Positions 20,887 to 29,517 of a DNA stretch of 64,000 nucleotides are shown piece after piece. The DNA is taken from assembly GCA_963719425.1 (NCBI GenBank), contig OY970382.1, forward strand, positions 7,888-71,887, read 5' to 3'. The notes under the pieces are model-generated. The model saw only the letters and a program-made list of their open reading frames with translations, was not told where the DNA came from and did not search any database. Position 1 is the stretch's first letter. Each line of letters starts with the position of its first letter. Origin of the DNA: an uncultured bacterium (GTDB taxonomy: Bacteria; Patescibacteriota; Minisyncoccia; UBA6257; 2-01-FULL-56-20). The position numbers and the translations under genes are program-made.

Positions 20887-22344
20887 ATGGCAAAACTTCT
20901 CGCACCGAAAGAAGTTTCTGAAATCGCCCTCACGCTCGCAAAGGCGGGATTTGAGGCGTATCTTGTCGGTGGCTGCGTGCGGGACATGCTCTTGGGCCGC
21001 GAGCCTAAGGATTGGGATGTGGCGACGAACGCGCGGCCGGAGGAGATCCAGAAACTTTTTCCGGAGAGCGTGTACGAGAATTCGTTCGGCACAGTGGGCG
21101 TGAAAACCGAATCGGAGGATCCAAAGCTCGCGGTGATTGAAGTGACGACCTATCGGATTGAGGGGAGATATACGGATAAGCGGCATCCGGATGAGGTAAA
21201 GTTCGCGAAGACGATTCAGGAAGATTTGGCCCGCCGCGATTTTACGGTGAATGCGCTCGCGATGAATTTGAAAGGAGAAGTGTACGATCCATTCGGAGGG
21301 AAGAATGATTTGAAGAGCAGGATAATTCGCACGGTGGGGAGTCCGGAGGAGCGGTTCAATGAAGACGCGCTACGCCTCATGCGCGCGGTGCGCTTTGCGG
21401 TGGAATTGGATTTTGAGATCGAGATGAACACGCGCCGCGCAATTGAGAAGCAATCGCCTGAGCTTGAGATGATTGCGAAGGAACGCGTCCGCGACGAACT
21501 CGTGAAGATAATGGAGACGCCGCAGGCGGCAAAGGGGATCATTCTTTTGGAAGAACTCGGTTTGCTGCAGTATGTTTTGCCGGAACTGCGCGAGGGGCTG
21601 GGCGTCGGGCAGAATCTGCACCATATCTATACGGTATTTGAGCATAGCGTCCGATCGCTGGATTACGCCGCGAAGCAGGATTATCCGCTCGTGATCCGGA
21701 TGGCGGCGCTCTTGCACGATGTCGGTAAACCGCGCGCGAAACAGGGCGAGGGCCGCAATGCTACTTTCTATCAGCACGAATTCATCAGTGCGAAAATGAC
21801 CGCAAAGGCGCTGGACCGCCTGCGGTTCTCAAAGGAATTTATAGAAGAGGTGACGCACCTTGTTCGTTACCACATGTTCTATTACAACGTGGGGGAGGTC
21901 TCCGAGCGGGGGGTGCGCAGGTTTCTTGCGCGCGTGGGGCCGGAAACCGTGCCAGACCTCTTCAAGGTGCGCGAGGCCGACCGCATTGGCTCCGGCGCGC
22001 CAAAGGCCACGCCATACAAGAATCGCCACCTGATGTTCATGATTGAAAAAGTGAAGAATGACCCGGTTTCGCCGAAGATGCTCAAAGTGAACGGCGATGA
22101 CGTGATGGAGATATTGCGTATCCCGCCGGGCCACCGCGTTGGGTGGGTGCTCGCCATATTGCTTGAAGAGGCGCTGGACGATCCTGAAAAGAACATTAAA
22201 GAAAACTTGACAGTGCGCGTCACGGAGCTGGGGAAACTCTCCGACGCGGAGTTAAAAAAGCTTGCCGAGAAAGCCCGCACTACGAAAGACGAATTTGAGG
22301 AAGGGCTGGAAGAAGAAATAAAAAAGAAGTATTTTGTAAAGTAA
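20887..22344 (+). CDS. cca: CCA-adding tRNA nucleotidyltransferase with HD domain
   Basis: Head motif GGCVRDMLLGREPKDWDVAT; HD motif HDVGK. Start at MAKLLAP, preceded by AAGGAG. Confidence 0.8.
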   Translation: MAKLLAPKEVSEIALTLAKAGFEAYLVGGCVRDMLLGREPKDWDVATNARPEEIQKLFPESVYENSFGTVGVKTESEDPKLAVIEVTTYRIEGRYTDKRHPDEVKFAKTIQEDLARRDFTVNALAMNLKGEVYDPFGGKNDLKSRIIRTVGSPEERFNEDALRLMRAVRFAVELDFEIEMNTRRAIEKQSPELEMIAKERVRDELVKIMETPQAAKGIILLEELGLLQYVLPELREGLGVGQNLHHIYTVFEHSVRSLDYAAKQDYPLVIRMAALLHDVGKPRAKQGEGRNATFYQHEFISAKMTAKALDRLRFSKEFIEEVTHLVRYHMFYYNVGEVSERGVRRFLARVGPETVPDLFKVREADRIGSGAPKATPYKNRHLMFMIEKVKNDPVSPKMLKVNGDDVMEILRIPPGHRVGWVLAILLEEALDDPEKNIKENLTVRVTELGKLSDAELKKLAEKARTTKDEFEEGLEEEIKKKYFVK

Positions 22345-22738
22345 TGAGATCTTTTCACGACGAGCAGCTGTGGAGCACCCTTTGCACTTTGTGGACCGTT
22401 GTCTTTATGATCTTCGTCGTCGCAAATTTTTTCTTATTCAACAGGTACGAGCCGCTTATTCTTCCGTTGAGCGCGGTGTACGCCGGCGTCCTCACGCTCT
22501 ATGCGGGCACAAAGGAGTTTGATCGTTGGTACGACATTCATGACAGCCGACACCCCGCGAGCTTTTCGTCATCGCATGGACCGTGCTCATCTTCACGCTT
22601 GCCGCCATCGCTTTTTTCTCCAGCGGCAGGGGCTATGTCCTCGATTCCGAGATCGTTGCGGATTACATCATGGTGCTTTCCATCTTTGCCATCACGCAAA
22701 AATCAAAACAGCTTCACCGGACGCGGCGGAGAGGGTAA
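22344..22738 (+). pseudogene. Small 4-TM membrane protein disrupted by a frameshift near 22555 (C-run caccccgcg)
   Basis: Frame 0 gives MRSFHDEQLWSTLCTLWTVVFMIFVVANFF...RHP; the hydrophobic continuation ELFVIAWTVLIFTLAAIAFF...IMVLSIFAITQKSK is in frame 2, ending at 22738. Confidence 0.4.
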
Positions 22739-22779
22739 GTTGAATTATTTTCCAAAAGAGGGTTAAATAGTTTAGATAA

Positions 22780-22853
22780 CGGGCCGTCGTATAGTGGTAG
22801 TATACACGCTTCGGGTGCGTGCGGTCTGGGTTCGATTCCCAGCGGCCCGACCA
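22780..22853 (+). tRNA. tRNA-Pro (CGG)
   Basis: Acceptor CGGGCCG/CGGCCCG; anticodon arm CACGC-TTCGGGT-GCGTG (matches the E. coli proK loop TTCGGGA); T-loop TTCGATT; A73 and CCA encoded. D-arm slightly irregular. Confidence 0.6.
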
Positions 22854-22947
22854 GGATCCCTTGTGTTTCTTTCGGGGGTGGCTATAATGGGCTCAGGAGG
22901 CGATTTGTTGGAAGCCTTTCAAATTTCGGAAGAGGGAGGTGAGGACA

Positions 22948-23301
22948 ATGCCGCAGGCGGTGATTGTGAAGTACTGTCGCTTGGACACCGAACTTACTGC
23001 AGCAATGGAAGACGCCGCAGCAAAGAAGGCGAAATTGGTACCGATCCTAGTCTGCAGCGTCTGTAACCCGCGGAATCACAACCGGGGACATCTCAATATC
23101 GATACCACATGGAAAGTTCTGGTGGAAAAGAAATTCCTGTGCCTTGGGCATTTCAGGCAACATGTTTCTGGGAATCGGGTGGAGTTCGGCATGAGCGAAA
23201 AAAGCGAAGTTAATAACCTTGCCGTTATGCCGTTATTGGTTCCTGCACAGCACATCGTGGGCCTCTACTTCCCCAAGGGGAAGTCACATCCCGATTTTTA
23301 G
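22948..23301 (+). CDS. Hypothetical small protein with CxxC and CLGH motifs
   Basis: RBS GAGGGAGG 8 nt upstream of the ATG; 117 aa. Confidence 0.4.
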   Translation: MPQAVIVKYCRLDTELTAAMEDAAAKKAKLVPILVCSVCNPRNHNRGHLNIDTTWKVLVEKKFLCLGHFRQHVSGNRVEFGMSEKSEVNNLAVMPLLVPAQHIVGLYFPKGKSHPDF

Positions 23302-23366
23302 CCCGCCACGCGAAGTGATACATTTGTTGGTATCCTCCTCGCGGCGGGCCGTTCTTTTACATATAC

Positions 23367-23394
23367 ACAAGGGTATTGACACGGTTTTGCGGCC
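23367..23394 (+). promoter_or_regulatory. Near-consensus promoter TTGACA-N16-TATAAT upstream of the rRNA locus
   Basis: TTGACA at 23367-23372 and TATAAT at 23389-23394. Confidence 0.6.
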
Positions 23395-23486
23395 GTGTAT
23401 AATTGACTTCGTACGGATGGACAAGAATTTCAACCTTCAAGATCACAGCGGCTGAACCGCGCGTTTTTGCGCACCGGATAAGCCGC

Positions 23487-23512
23487 CGTGTGCGGCTGGT
23501 TTTTTTCTTGGG
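23487..23512 (+). terminator. Intrinsic terminator-like hairpin AGCCGC-CGTGT-GCGGCT followed by a T7 run
   Basis: Perfect 6-bp stem, 5-nt loop and TGGTTTTTTT; lies about 100 nt downstream of the promoter at 23367. Confidence 0.5.
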
Positions 23513-24279
23513 ATTCGTGCAAACTTCGTAATTTCACAGAAGATTCATCAGTGATTGGTTTGTAACAACCAGTTGCTGGGAGAATCTCTCCGAATTGTAG
23601 AGTCGGGGAAGGAATAGTAGAAGCTCTGCATCATGTTTTTTGCCATCGCATTTTGGCAAATCCAATTTCTTACGATCGGCAGAGCAAAAAGTCAGCATTG
23701 GGATGGTTGGCATTTCCGTCGCAAGACGGATCTCAATAAGGGCGAATGGTGGATGCCTTGACTAGAAAAGGCGATGAAGGACGTGGCGTAGCGACGATAC
23801 GCCTCGGGGAGGTGCGTAGCAACCTGTGATCCGGGGATGTCCGAATGGGGAAACCTAATTACGTAAACCGTAATTGTTTCGGCGCAAGCCGATTCGCGTA
23901 CCTGGCGAAGTAAAACATTTCAGTAGCCAGAGGAACAGAGAACAAATCAGTTTATTCCCTTAGTATCGGCGAGAGAAAAGGGAAGGGCCCAAACTAAGGT
24001 TCTGATTTTTTCGGAATCTTGGGGTAATAAGAGAAAGACGCTGTTTTGCCGGTCGCCGAGCTTCCGTATAATCGGGACTTCGGCGATTGGTGAAATAAGG
24101 AGGAGTCAAAAAATCGTTGGTTAGCCAAAGCCGGCTGGAAAGCCGGGGCCAAAGCGGGTGATAGCCCCGTAGGCGAAAACTTACGATCTCCTTAGTTTTT
24201 CAACTTGAGTACTTCGGGGTAAATAAGTCCCGAAGGAATTTGCCTGTACTATCAGGCAAGGCTAAATACTTTTCTAGAT

Positions 24280-24316
<37 letters not shown>

Positions 24317-25100
24317 CAGGCCGGCGAGGCCGTTGAAATAGAACCTGAAACCATTTGTCTACAAGGAATTGAAGCTCCAAGTGCGGATGCAGCAATGCGT
24401 TCGCGCGGGGCGACAATGTGCCTATTGAAGAATGAGCCAACGACTTATCTTGTGTTGCTTGTCTAAACGCGCATAGCGTGCAGGCATAGCGAAAGCGAGT
24501 CTTAATAGGGCGTACATCCCACTCAATTTATTGGGTGGGATCGCAGCACAAGGTAGACCCGAAGCCAGATGAGCTTGCCTTGGCCAGGGTGAACCTCGGA
24601 GAAATCCGAGGGGAGGCCCGAACTGGTGAGTTGTTCAAAACTCTCGGATGAGCTGAGGTAAGGAGTGAAAAGCTAATCGAATTTGGTAATAGCTGGTTCT
24701 CTCCGAAATAGTTTTAGGACTAGCGGTGCGGAAAATCTTGCGGGGGTAGAGCACTGGATGATCTGTAAAGGCCGAAAGGCCGACAGATCAATCAAACTCC
24801 GAATACCGCAGGCGGATCCCGCACTAGTCAGACTGCGGGGGCTAAGCTCCGTGGTCGCGAGGGGAAGAGCCCAGACCGTTATCTAAGGTCCCCAAATCCA
24901 TGCTAAGTGTGAAAGGTAGTCATCACCCATAGACAGATAGGAGGTTGGCTTAGAGGTAGCCATCCTTTAAAGAGTGTGTAACAACTCACTATTCGACGGG
25001 TGGTGGCGCCGAAAATGTACCGGGGCTAAGCATGGTACCGAAGATACGGATTCGCTGACTTCATTGAGGAAAAATTTGTTCTTTGATTTGCGGCTTTGTG

Positions 25101-25173
25101 TGACGCGTAGCTCAGTTGGTAGAGCATCCGACTCTTAATCGGAAGGTCGCGGGTTCGAACCCCGTCGCGTCCA
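25101..25173 (+). tRNA. tRNA-Lys (CTT) embedded in the 23S IVS
   Basis: D-arm GCTCAGTTGGTAGAGC; anticodon arm TCCGA-CTCTTAA-TCGGA; T-loop TTCGAAC; acceptor has a T1:C72 mismatch; CCA not encoded. Confidence 0.6.
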
Positions 25174-25210
25174 CCCACCGTCTTTGATGGTGGAGAGAAA
25201 GCTCATGTGT

Positions 25211-25355
25211 CGGAGCGTAGCACAAGGGTAGTGCGCCTAGATGATCTTAAGTCTCCGGACCGTCAAAAGGATTTATGAATGACCTTTTGGCCCGCCGGCA
25301 GCGCGAGGTCTGTGCAACTAGGAGGTTGCAGGTTCAAGTCCTGTCGCTCCGACCA
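25211..25355 (+). tRNA. tRNA-Ile (GAT)-like gene interrupted by a ~70-nt insertion in the anticodon loop
   Basis: Acceptor CGGAGCG/CGCTCCG plus A73 and CCA; D-arm GCACAAGGGTAGTGC; anticodon stem CCTAG (25236-40) pairs with CTAGG (25318-22); loop ends ATGAT...AA would reconstitute ATGATAA; T-arm GCAGG-TTCAAGT-CCTGT. Confidence 0.4.
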
Positions 25356-26116
25356 AAAGTTTTGAGCGAGGCGTGTCGACACTATACTGTCGCGCGCCTC
25401 GCCTCCTCAATGAAGTCAGTGAGTGGTAGGAGAGCATTCGTACTGCAGTGAAGCCCGACCCGCGAGGGCGAGTGGAGCGATACGAAGAGAAAATGTTGGC
25501 ATGAGTAACCACAATCCCAATGAGAAATTGGAACCCCGAAAATCCAAGGTTTCCGTGGCACTGGCAATCAACCACGGGTTAGGCGATCCTAAGGCAATGG
25601 CGAAAGCCGCAGCTGATGGCATGCTGGTTAATATTCCAGCCCTCCTTTGTGATTATCCGTCGTGTGCGAAGGAAATAGGTGCGTATGCCTTATTGGTTTG
25701 GTATCGCTGGTCCGAAGTTCAACAAGGATCGGCGGAAGGTGAGGAATTTACCTCATCAACACGCATGAAGAGCCTTCCAAGAAAAGCGCGGCGGTTACGT
25801 TGCAGAGGATCCGTACCGTAAACCGACACAGGTGGATAGGGCGAGAAGCCCAAGGGGAACGAGTGATTTGCCTCTAAGGAACTCGGCAAAAAAGCGGCCG
25901 TACGTTTGCTATATGGCCTGATCTTCCTTAACCGGAAGATCCGCAGCGAAAGTTTCTCTGGCGACTGTTTACCAAAAACACAGCTCCCTGCTAACTCGCA
26001 AGAGGATGTATAGGGGGTGACGCCTGACCGATGCGAGAAGGTCAAGGTTGGGAGTGCCGTGCCGCAAGGTGCGGGACCCACTGACTCAAGCCCTCGTCAA
26101 TGTCAGCGATAACTAT

Positions 26117-26832
26117 AGACATAACGATTGTAGTTATAAAATCTGGCTATATGCTGGAAACTCTGTGTATCTGACATTACGGTATTTAATGAAAATTTTA
26201 TCCAAATTTAATTTTCATGTGGTACCGTGAAAATATGATCAGTGCAGACAATCAGCAGGAAAGGCTTTGTGGCATTGGTTGGTATCTTGCCGGCTTCGTT
26301 GATGGAGAGGGAAGTTTTAATACTTCTCTCCGAAAAGGAAATGGGCACCGCCTCGGATGGCAGGTGCAATTAACCTTCAATGTAGCCCAAAGGGATATCA
26401 GCAACCTGGAATTGTTAAAACAATATCTAGGATGCGGACGATTACAATATCGTAAAGATGGAGTACATTACTTCGTCGTGAGCGATTACCGTTCGATTAT
26501 TGATCGCGTAATACCGTTCTTTGAGAAATTCACGTTTTTCTCCGCTTCCAAGAAGAAGAATTTTTCTCTATTCAAGCAAATTGCATTTCTGATGGGTCAA
26601 GGAAAACATCTTGATCCGGCGGGATTGCAAGAAATTATTGCAATTAGGGAATATTTGAACGAGGGAAGAGGAAGGACGCGGAAATATAACAAAGACGATA
26701 TCACGATCGACCACAAAGAATCCTCAGAGACTATACGCCGGAGTTCATCAATGGTGATGGACAAGATATAGTCCGATCTCATGGGCGACCATGAGGATCC
26801 CGCTTAAAAACGAGCGAGTGATAACGTAAAAG
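26117..26832 (+). mobile_element. Group I intron at the 23S L1917-equivalent site, carrying a LAGLIDADG homing endonuclease gene
   Basis: 5' exon ends AACTAT(U); intron ends in G; the flanking exons AACTAT|AATCGTTCTAAGGT align to E. coli AACUAU|AACGGUCCUAAGGU. Confidence 0.6.
26235..26771 (+). CDS. LAGLIDADG homing endonuclease (single-motif, I-CreI/I-CeuI-like)
   Basis: Motif LAGFVDGEGSF; ~180 aa; lies inside the rRNA intron. Alternative start at 26217. Confidence 0.8.
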   Translation: MISADNQQERLCGIGWYLAGFVDGEGSFNTSLRKGNGHRLGWQVQLTFNVAQRDISNLELLKQYLGCGRLQYRKDGVHYFVVSDYRSIIDRVIPFFEKFTFFSASKKKNFSLFKQIAFLMGQGKHLDPAGLQEIIAIREYLNEGRGRTRKYNKDDITIDHKESSETIRRSSSMVMDKI

Positions 26833-26846
26833 AATCGTTCTAAGGT

Positions 26847-27083
26847 GGAATTGGTACTGCCTTAGTAAAACCTAACTATATGCTGGAACACCCGCGCATA
26901 TCAGAGTACCGAAAGGTGACAATCTCTGATCGAAGCGGACAATCAGCAGGAAACTTCACGGGAAGGATCCTCAGAGACTACACGTTAGGATCGCCGCAAG
27001 GCGATAAGATATAGTCCGAACTGCATAACGATATGCAGAGCCAAGCAGAAATGTTTTGGCCAACAAAAGTTGTAACACGTTCG
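26847..27083 (+). mobile_element. Short ORF-less group I intron at the L1931-equivalent site; a paralogue of the L1917 intron with the endonuclease gene deleted
   Basis: 5' exon ends TAAGGT(U); intron ends in G before AGCGCAATTCC (E. coli AGCGAAAUUCC). Shares blocks CTATATGCTGGAA, GACAATCAGCAGGAAA, ATCCTCAGAGACTAYACG and AGATATAGTCCGA with intron 1 in the same order. Confidence 0.5.
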
Positions 27084-27780
27084 AGCGCAATTCCTTTTCG
27101 GGTAAGTTCCGAAGCGCACGAAAGGCGTAACGACTGGAGAACTGTCTCGGAGGCAAGCTCGGTGAAAATGCGATTCCCGTGAAGACGCGGGATACCTGCA
27201 GCGGGACGAAAAGACCCCGGAAGCTTTACTGCAGCTTGGTATTGTCTTTAGGATCTTGATGCGTAGCGTAGTGGTGAGGATTTGAAGCCGCGCTCTCGGG
27301 TGCGGTGGATCCGACAATGAAACAGCCATCTTTAAGATTTTAAAGACTAACTGATGTGGAAGTGCGCAAGCATAAACCATATCAAGACAGTGCTTGGTAG
27401 GCAGTTTAAATGGGGCGTTTTCCTCCAAAAGAGTAACGGAGGAGTTTATTAAGGTCGGCTTAGCCCGGATGGAAATCGGGCAGGACGTGCAAACGCAAAA
27501 GCCGGCTTGACTGCGAGACCTACAAGTCGAGCAGGTGCGAAAGCAGAAGTTAGTGACCCGACGGCTATGTTCATGCGTGTTTTACTACGTGCATGAATTC
27601 TTGATAGAAAGGCCGGAGACACCGGATAAAAGCTACTCCGGGGATAACAGGCTGGTGAAGTCCGAGAGTTCCTATCGACGACTTCGCTCGGCACCTCGAT
27701 GTCGGCTCGCGACAGCGCCCGGGTGGAGAAGCTCGGAAGCGTTTGGCTGTTCGCCAATTAAAGTCGCACGTGAGCTGGGT

Positions 27781-28102
27781 GAGTGAACAACACTTCAAAT
27801 GAGCCCAGCAATCCTTTACACGAGGCTCGATTGTGTCCCAATCGAGAGAAAACAAAAAAGGAAAATAAATTGACTCATAACGGCGAAGTCCTCAGAAAGG
27901 ATAATGCCGTGGGAAGGTTGCGGTTTTTTTCCAGGCGCTCTTTTTGCGCCAAGAGAATCGTGAACCCCCGTAACGACTTGATCGTTTATGCGATCGGAGC
28001 GAAAAGATGGGAAGATCGTCTTCTCGCTAAAACGTCAGTCCTTGCGATTGGAATAGCAAGGAAAGGAATAGTCTAGTGCTCTTAGCAATAAGAGGAACAT
28101 TG
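27781..28102 (+). mobile_element. ORF-less group I intron at the L2593-equivalent (I-CreI target) site of 23S
   Basis: 5' exon ends GAGCTGGGT(U); intron ends in G; 3' exon resumes TCAGACCGTCGTGAGACAGG (E. coli UUAGAACGUCGUGAGACAG). Confidence 0.55.
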
Positions 28103-28134
<32 letters not shown>

Positions 28135-28252
28135 TGCTGCAGGCGTTTACACTTGAGGGGAGTTGGCATTAGTACGAGAGGACTTTGCTGAACCTACCTC
28201 TGGTCTACCGGCTTTGGTACCAACTGAACTGCCGGGTAGCTATGTAGGGAAG

Positions 28253-28286
<34 letters not shown>

Positions 28287-28508
28287 ACCCCAAGATTAGG
28301 TGTGTGTGATTTCGTGGAAGACTACCACGTTGATAGGCTCCAGGTGTAAGGCCCGCAAGGGTTTCAGCCGAGGAGTACTAATAATCCCGCCAACCATCCC
28401 AATGCTGACTTTGTTGTGTTCGTTTCGCCGTCAAAACTCTGAAGCGAACACTCTCTGCTAACAAAAAGGAGTGAGTGCGCTATAACTTATAGCGCGCGAA
28501 ACGACCTT

Positions 28509-28634
28509 TTGATGTCGGTGCTCTATCCGGGCGTGTCCCACCTCTTCCCATTCCGAACAGAGAAGTGAAAGCGCCCCGATCCCATGATACTTGCGGGTTC
28601 GCCTGCGGGGAAAGTAGGATGTGCCGACATCAAA
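28509..28634 (+). rRNA. rrf: 5S rRNA
   Basis: Terminal helix TTGATGTCGGTG / GCCGACATCAA; conserved CCCATTCCGAACAGAGAAGTGAAAGCGC. Confidence 0.8.
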
Positions 28635-28647
28635 GGGCCGTTTTTTT
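28609..28647 (+). terminator. Putative terminator: 5S terminal helix followed by a T7 run
   Basis: GGGCCGTTTTTTTG immediately after the 5S 3' end. Confidence 0.35.
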
Positions 28648-28684
28648 GTTCGCGGCATATTTGTAACCTTGGATAAGATTTGGT

Positions 28685-29470
28685 ATGTTGGAGTCAATGA
28701 GCAAAGAGGGACTGCCTGAACGCGTTCCGGGTGAGTCGGAGAACGTGGGCACGCCGGAAAAGAAAGAGATTAAAATGGTGGAAGCCGTAAGGATTCGGAC
28801 GGTTTTTACGGACCAGAAGGCGTTGGAGAAAATCGCTGACAAGTTGCATTCAGAAGGATTTGTCAGCGGGTTCAGCGTAGAACCCATTGAGGCCGGCTAC
28901 TTTCGCCATGGGGGGCGGGTCAAGGAGCACCAATACGCGTTGGATCTTTTGATCGATCCCAGCGGGACCAAAGAGCGCCGGCAGACCGTCATCCAGGTTA
29001 TAAACTCGGAGATAGGGAAAAAGTGGGAAACACCAGCTATCACCGAAGAAAAAGTTCAGATCAATAAGGATCTTCTGGGATTTATAAAAAGGGCTGAGAC
29101 CGAATACGGGAGGTATAGAAAAGAAAGACGCATGCGTCTTTCGCTCACCCTGGCCTTGCTTATGAGTATTTCTGGATTGATAGGTGCTGTTTCAAAAAGA
29201 TATGTCGAACGCAGAGAGGAAAAAGCGGTAGCCGCAGAACGTGAGAAAGAGTTTGAGCGCCTTAATAGGATCAATCAAAAGATTCAATTACAGATTTCTA
29301 ATATCGAGTTGAAATTACAAATAGGTCGACAGCTAGAAAAAAAATCAGAGATTGACGGGATCGATCATTATCCGGAGATTGATCAAATCGAAAATACGGT
29401 TGAAGAAGGAGTTGGTGAAATTATGAAACTGATGGAACTTGAAAAGGGGAAGGAGCGAGACAATCGCTGA
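28685..29470 (+). CDS. Hypothetical protein (N-terminal alpha/beta domain, central TM, C-terminal coiled coil)
   Basis: ORF with TM segment LSLTLALLMSISGLIGAV; no confident family assignment. Confidence 0.45.
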   Translation: MLESMSKEGLPERVPGESENVGTPEKKEIKMVEAVRIRTVFTDQKALEKIADKLHSEGFVSGFSVEPIEAGYFRHGGRVKEHQYALDLLIDPSGTKERRQTVIQVINSEIGKKWETPAITEEKVQINKDLLGFIKRAETEYGRYRKERRMRLSLTLALLMSISGLIGAVSKRYVERREEKAVAAEREKEFERLNRINQKIQLQISNIELKLQIGRQLEKKSEIDGIDHYPEIDQIENTVEEGVGEIMKLMELEKGKERDNR

Positions 29471-29517
29471 AGCTCATCCGCCTGCACGTAACAACCAAAA
29501 AGCGGTACAATGGATGC

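Larger units (their letters stand above)
25070..25403 (+). other. Intervening sequence in 23S helix 45, flanked by a 15-bp perfect stem (CTGACTTCATTGAGG / CCTCAATGAAGTCAG)
   Basis: Inserted between E. coli-equivalent positions ~1170 and ~1180; contains two tRNA-like genes and processing-type hairpins (CCACC..GGTGG, GAGCGAGGCG..CGCCTCGC). Confidence 0.7.

Noticed and set aside
22501-22743. Alternative 80-aa ORF (MRAQRSLIVGTTF...)
   Set aside because: It is the wrong frame of the frameshifted membrane-protein gene. The hydrophobic frame-2 continuation is the better explanation.
22794-23066. 90-aa ORF overlapping tRNA-Pro
   Set aside because: It starts inside the tRNA gene. The adjacent 22948-23301 ORF with a real RBS is preferred.
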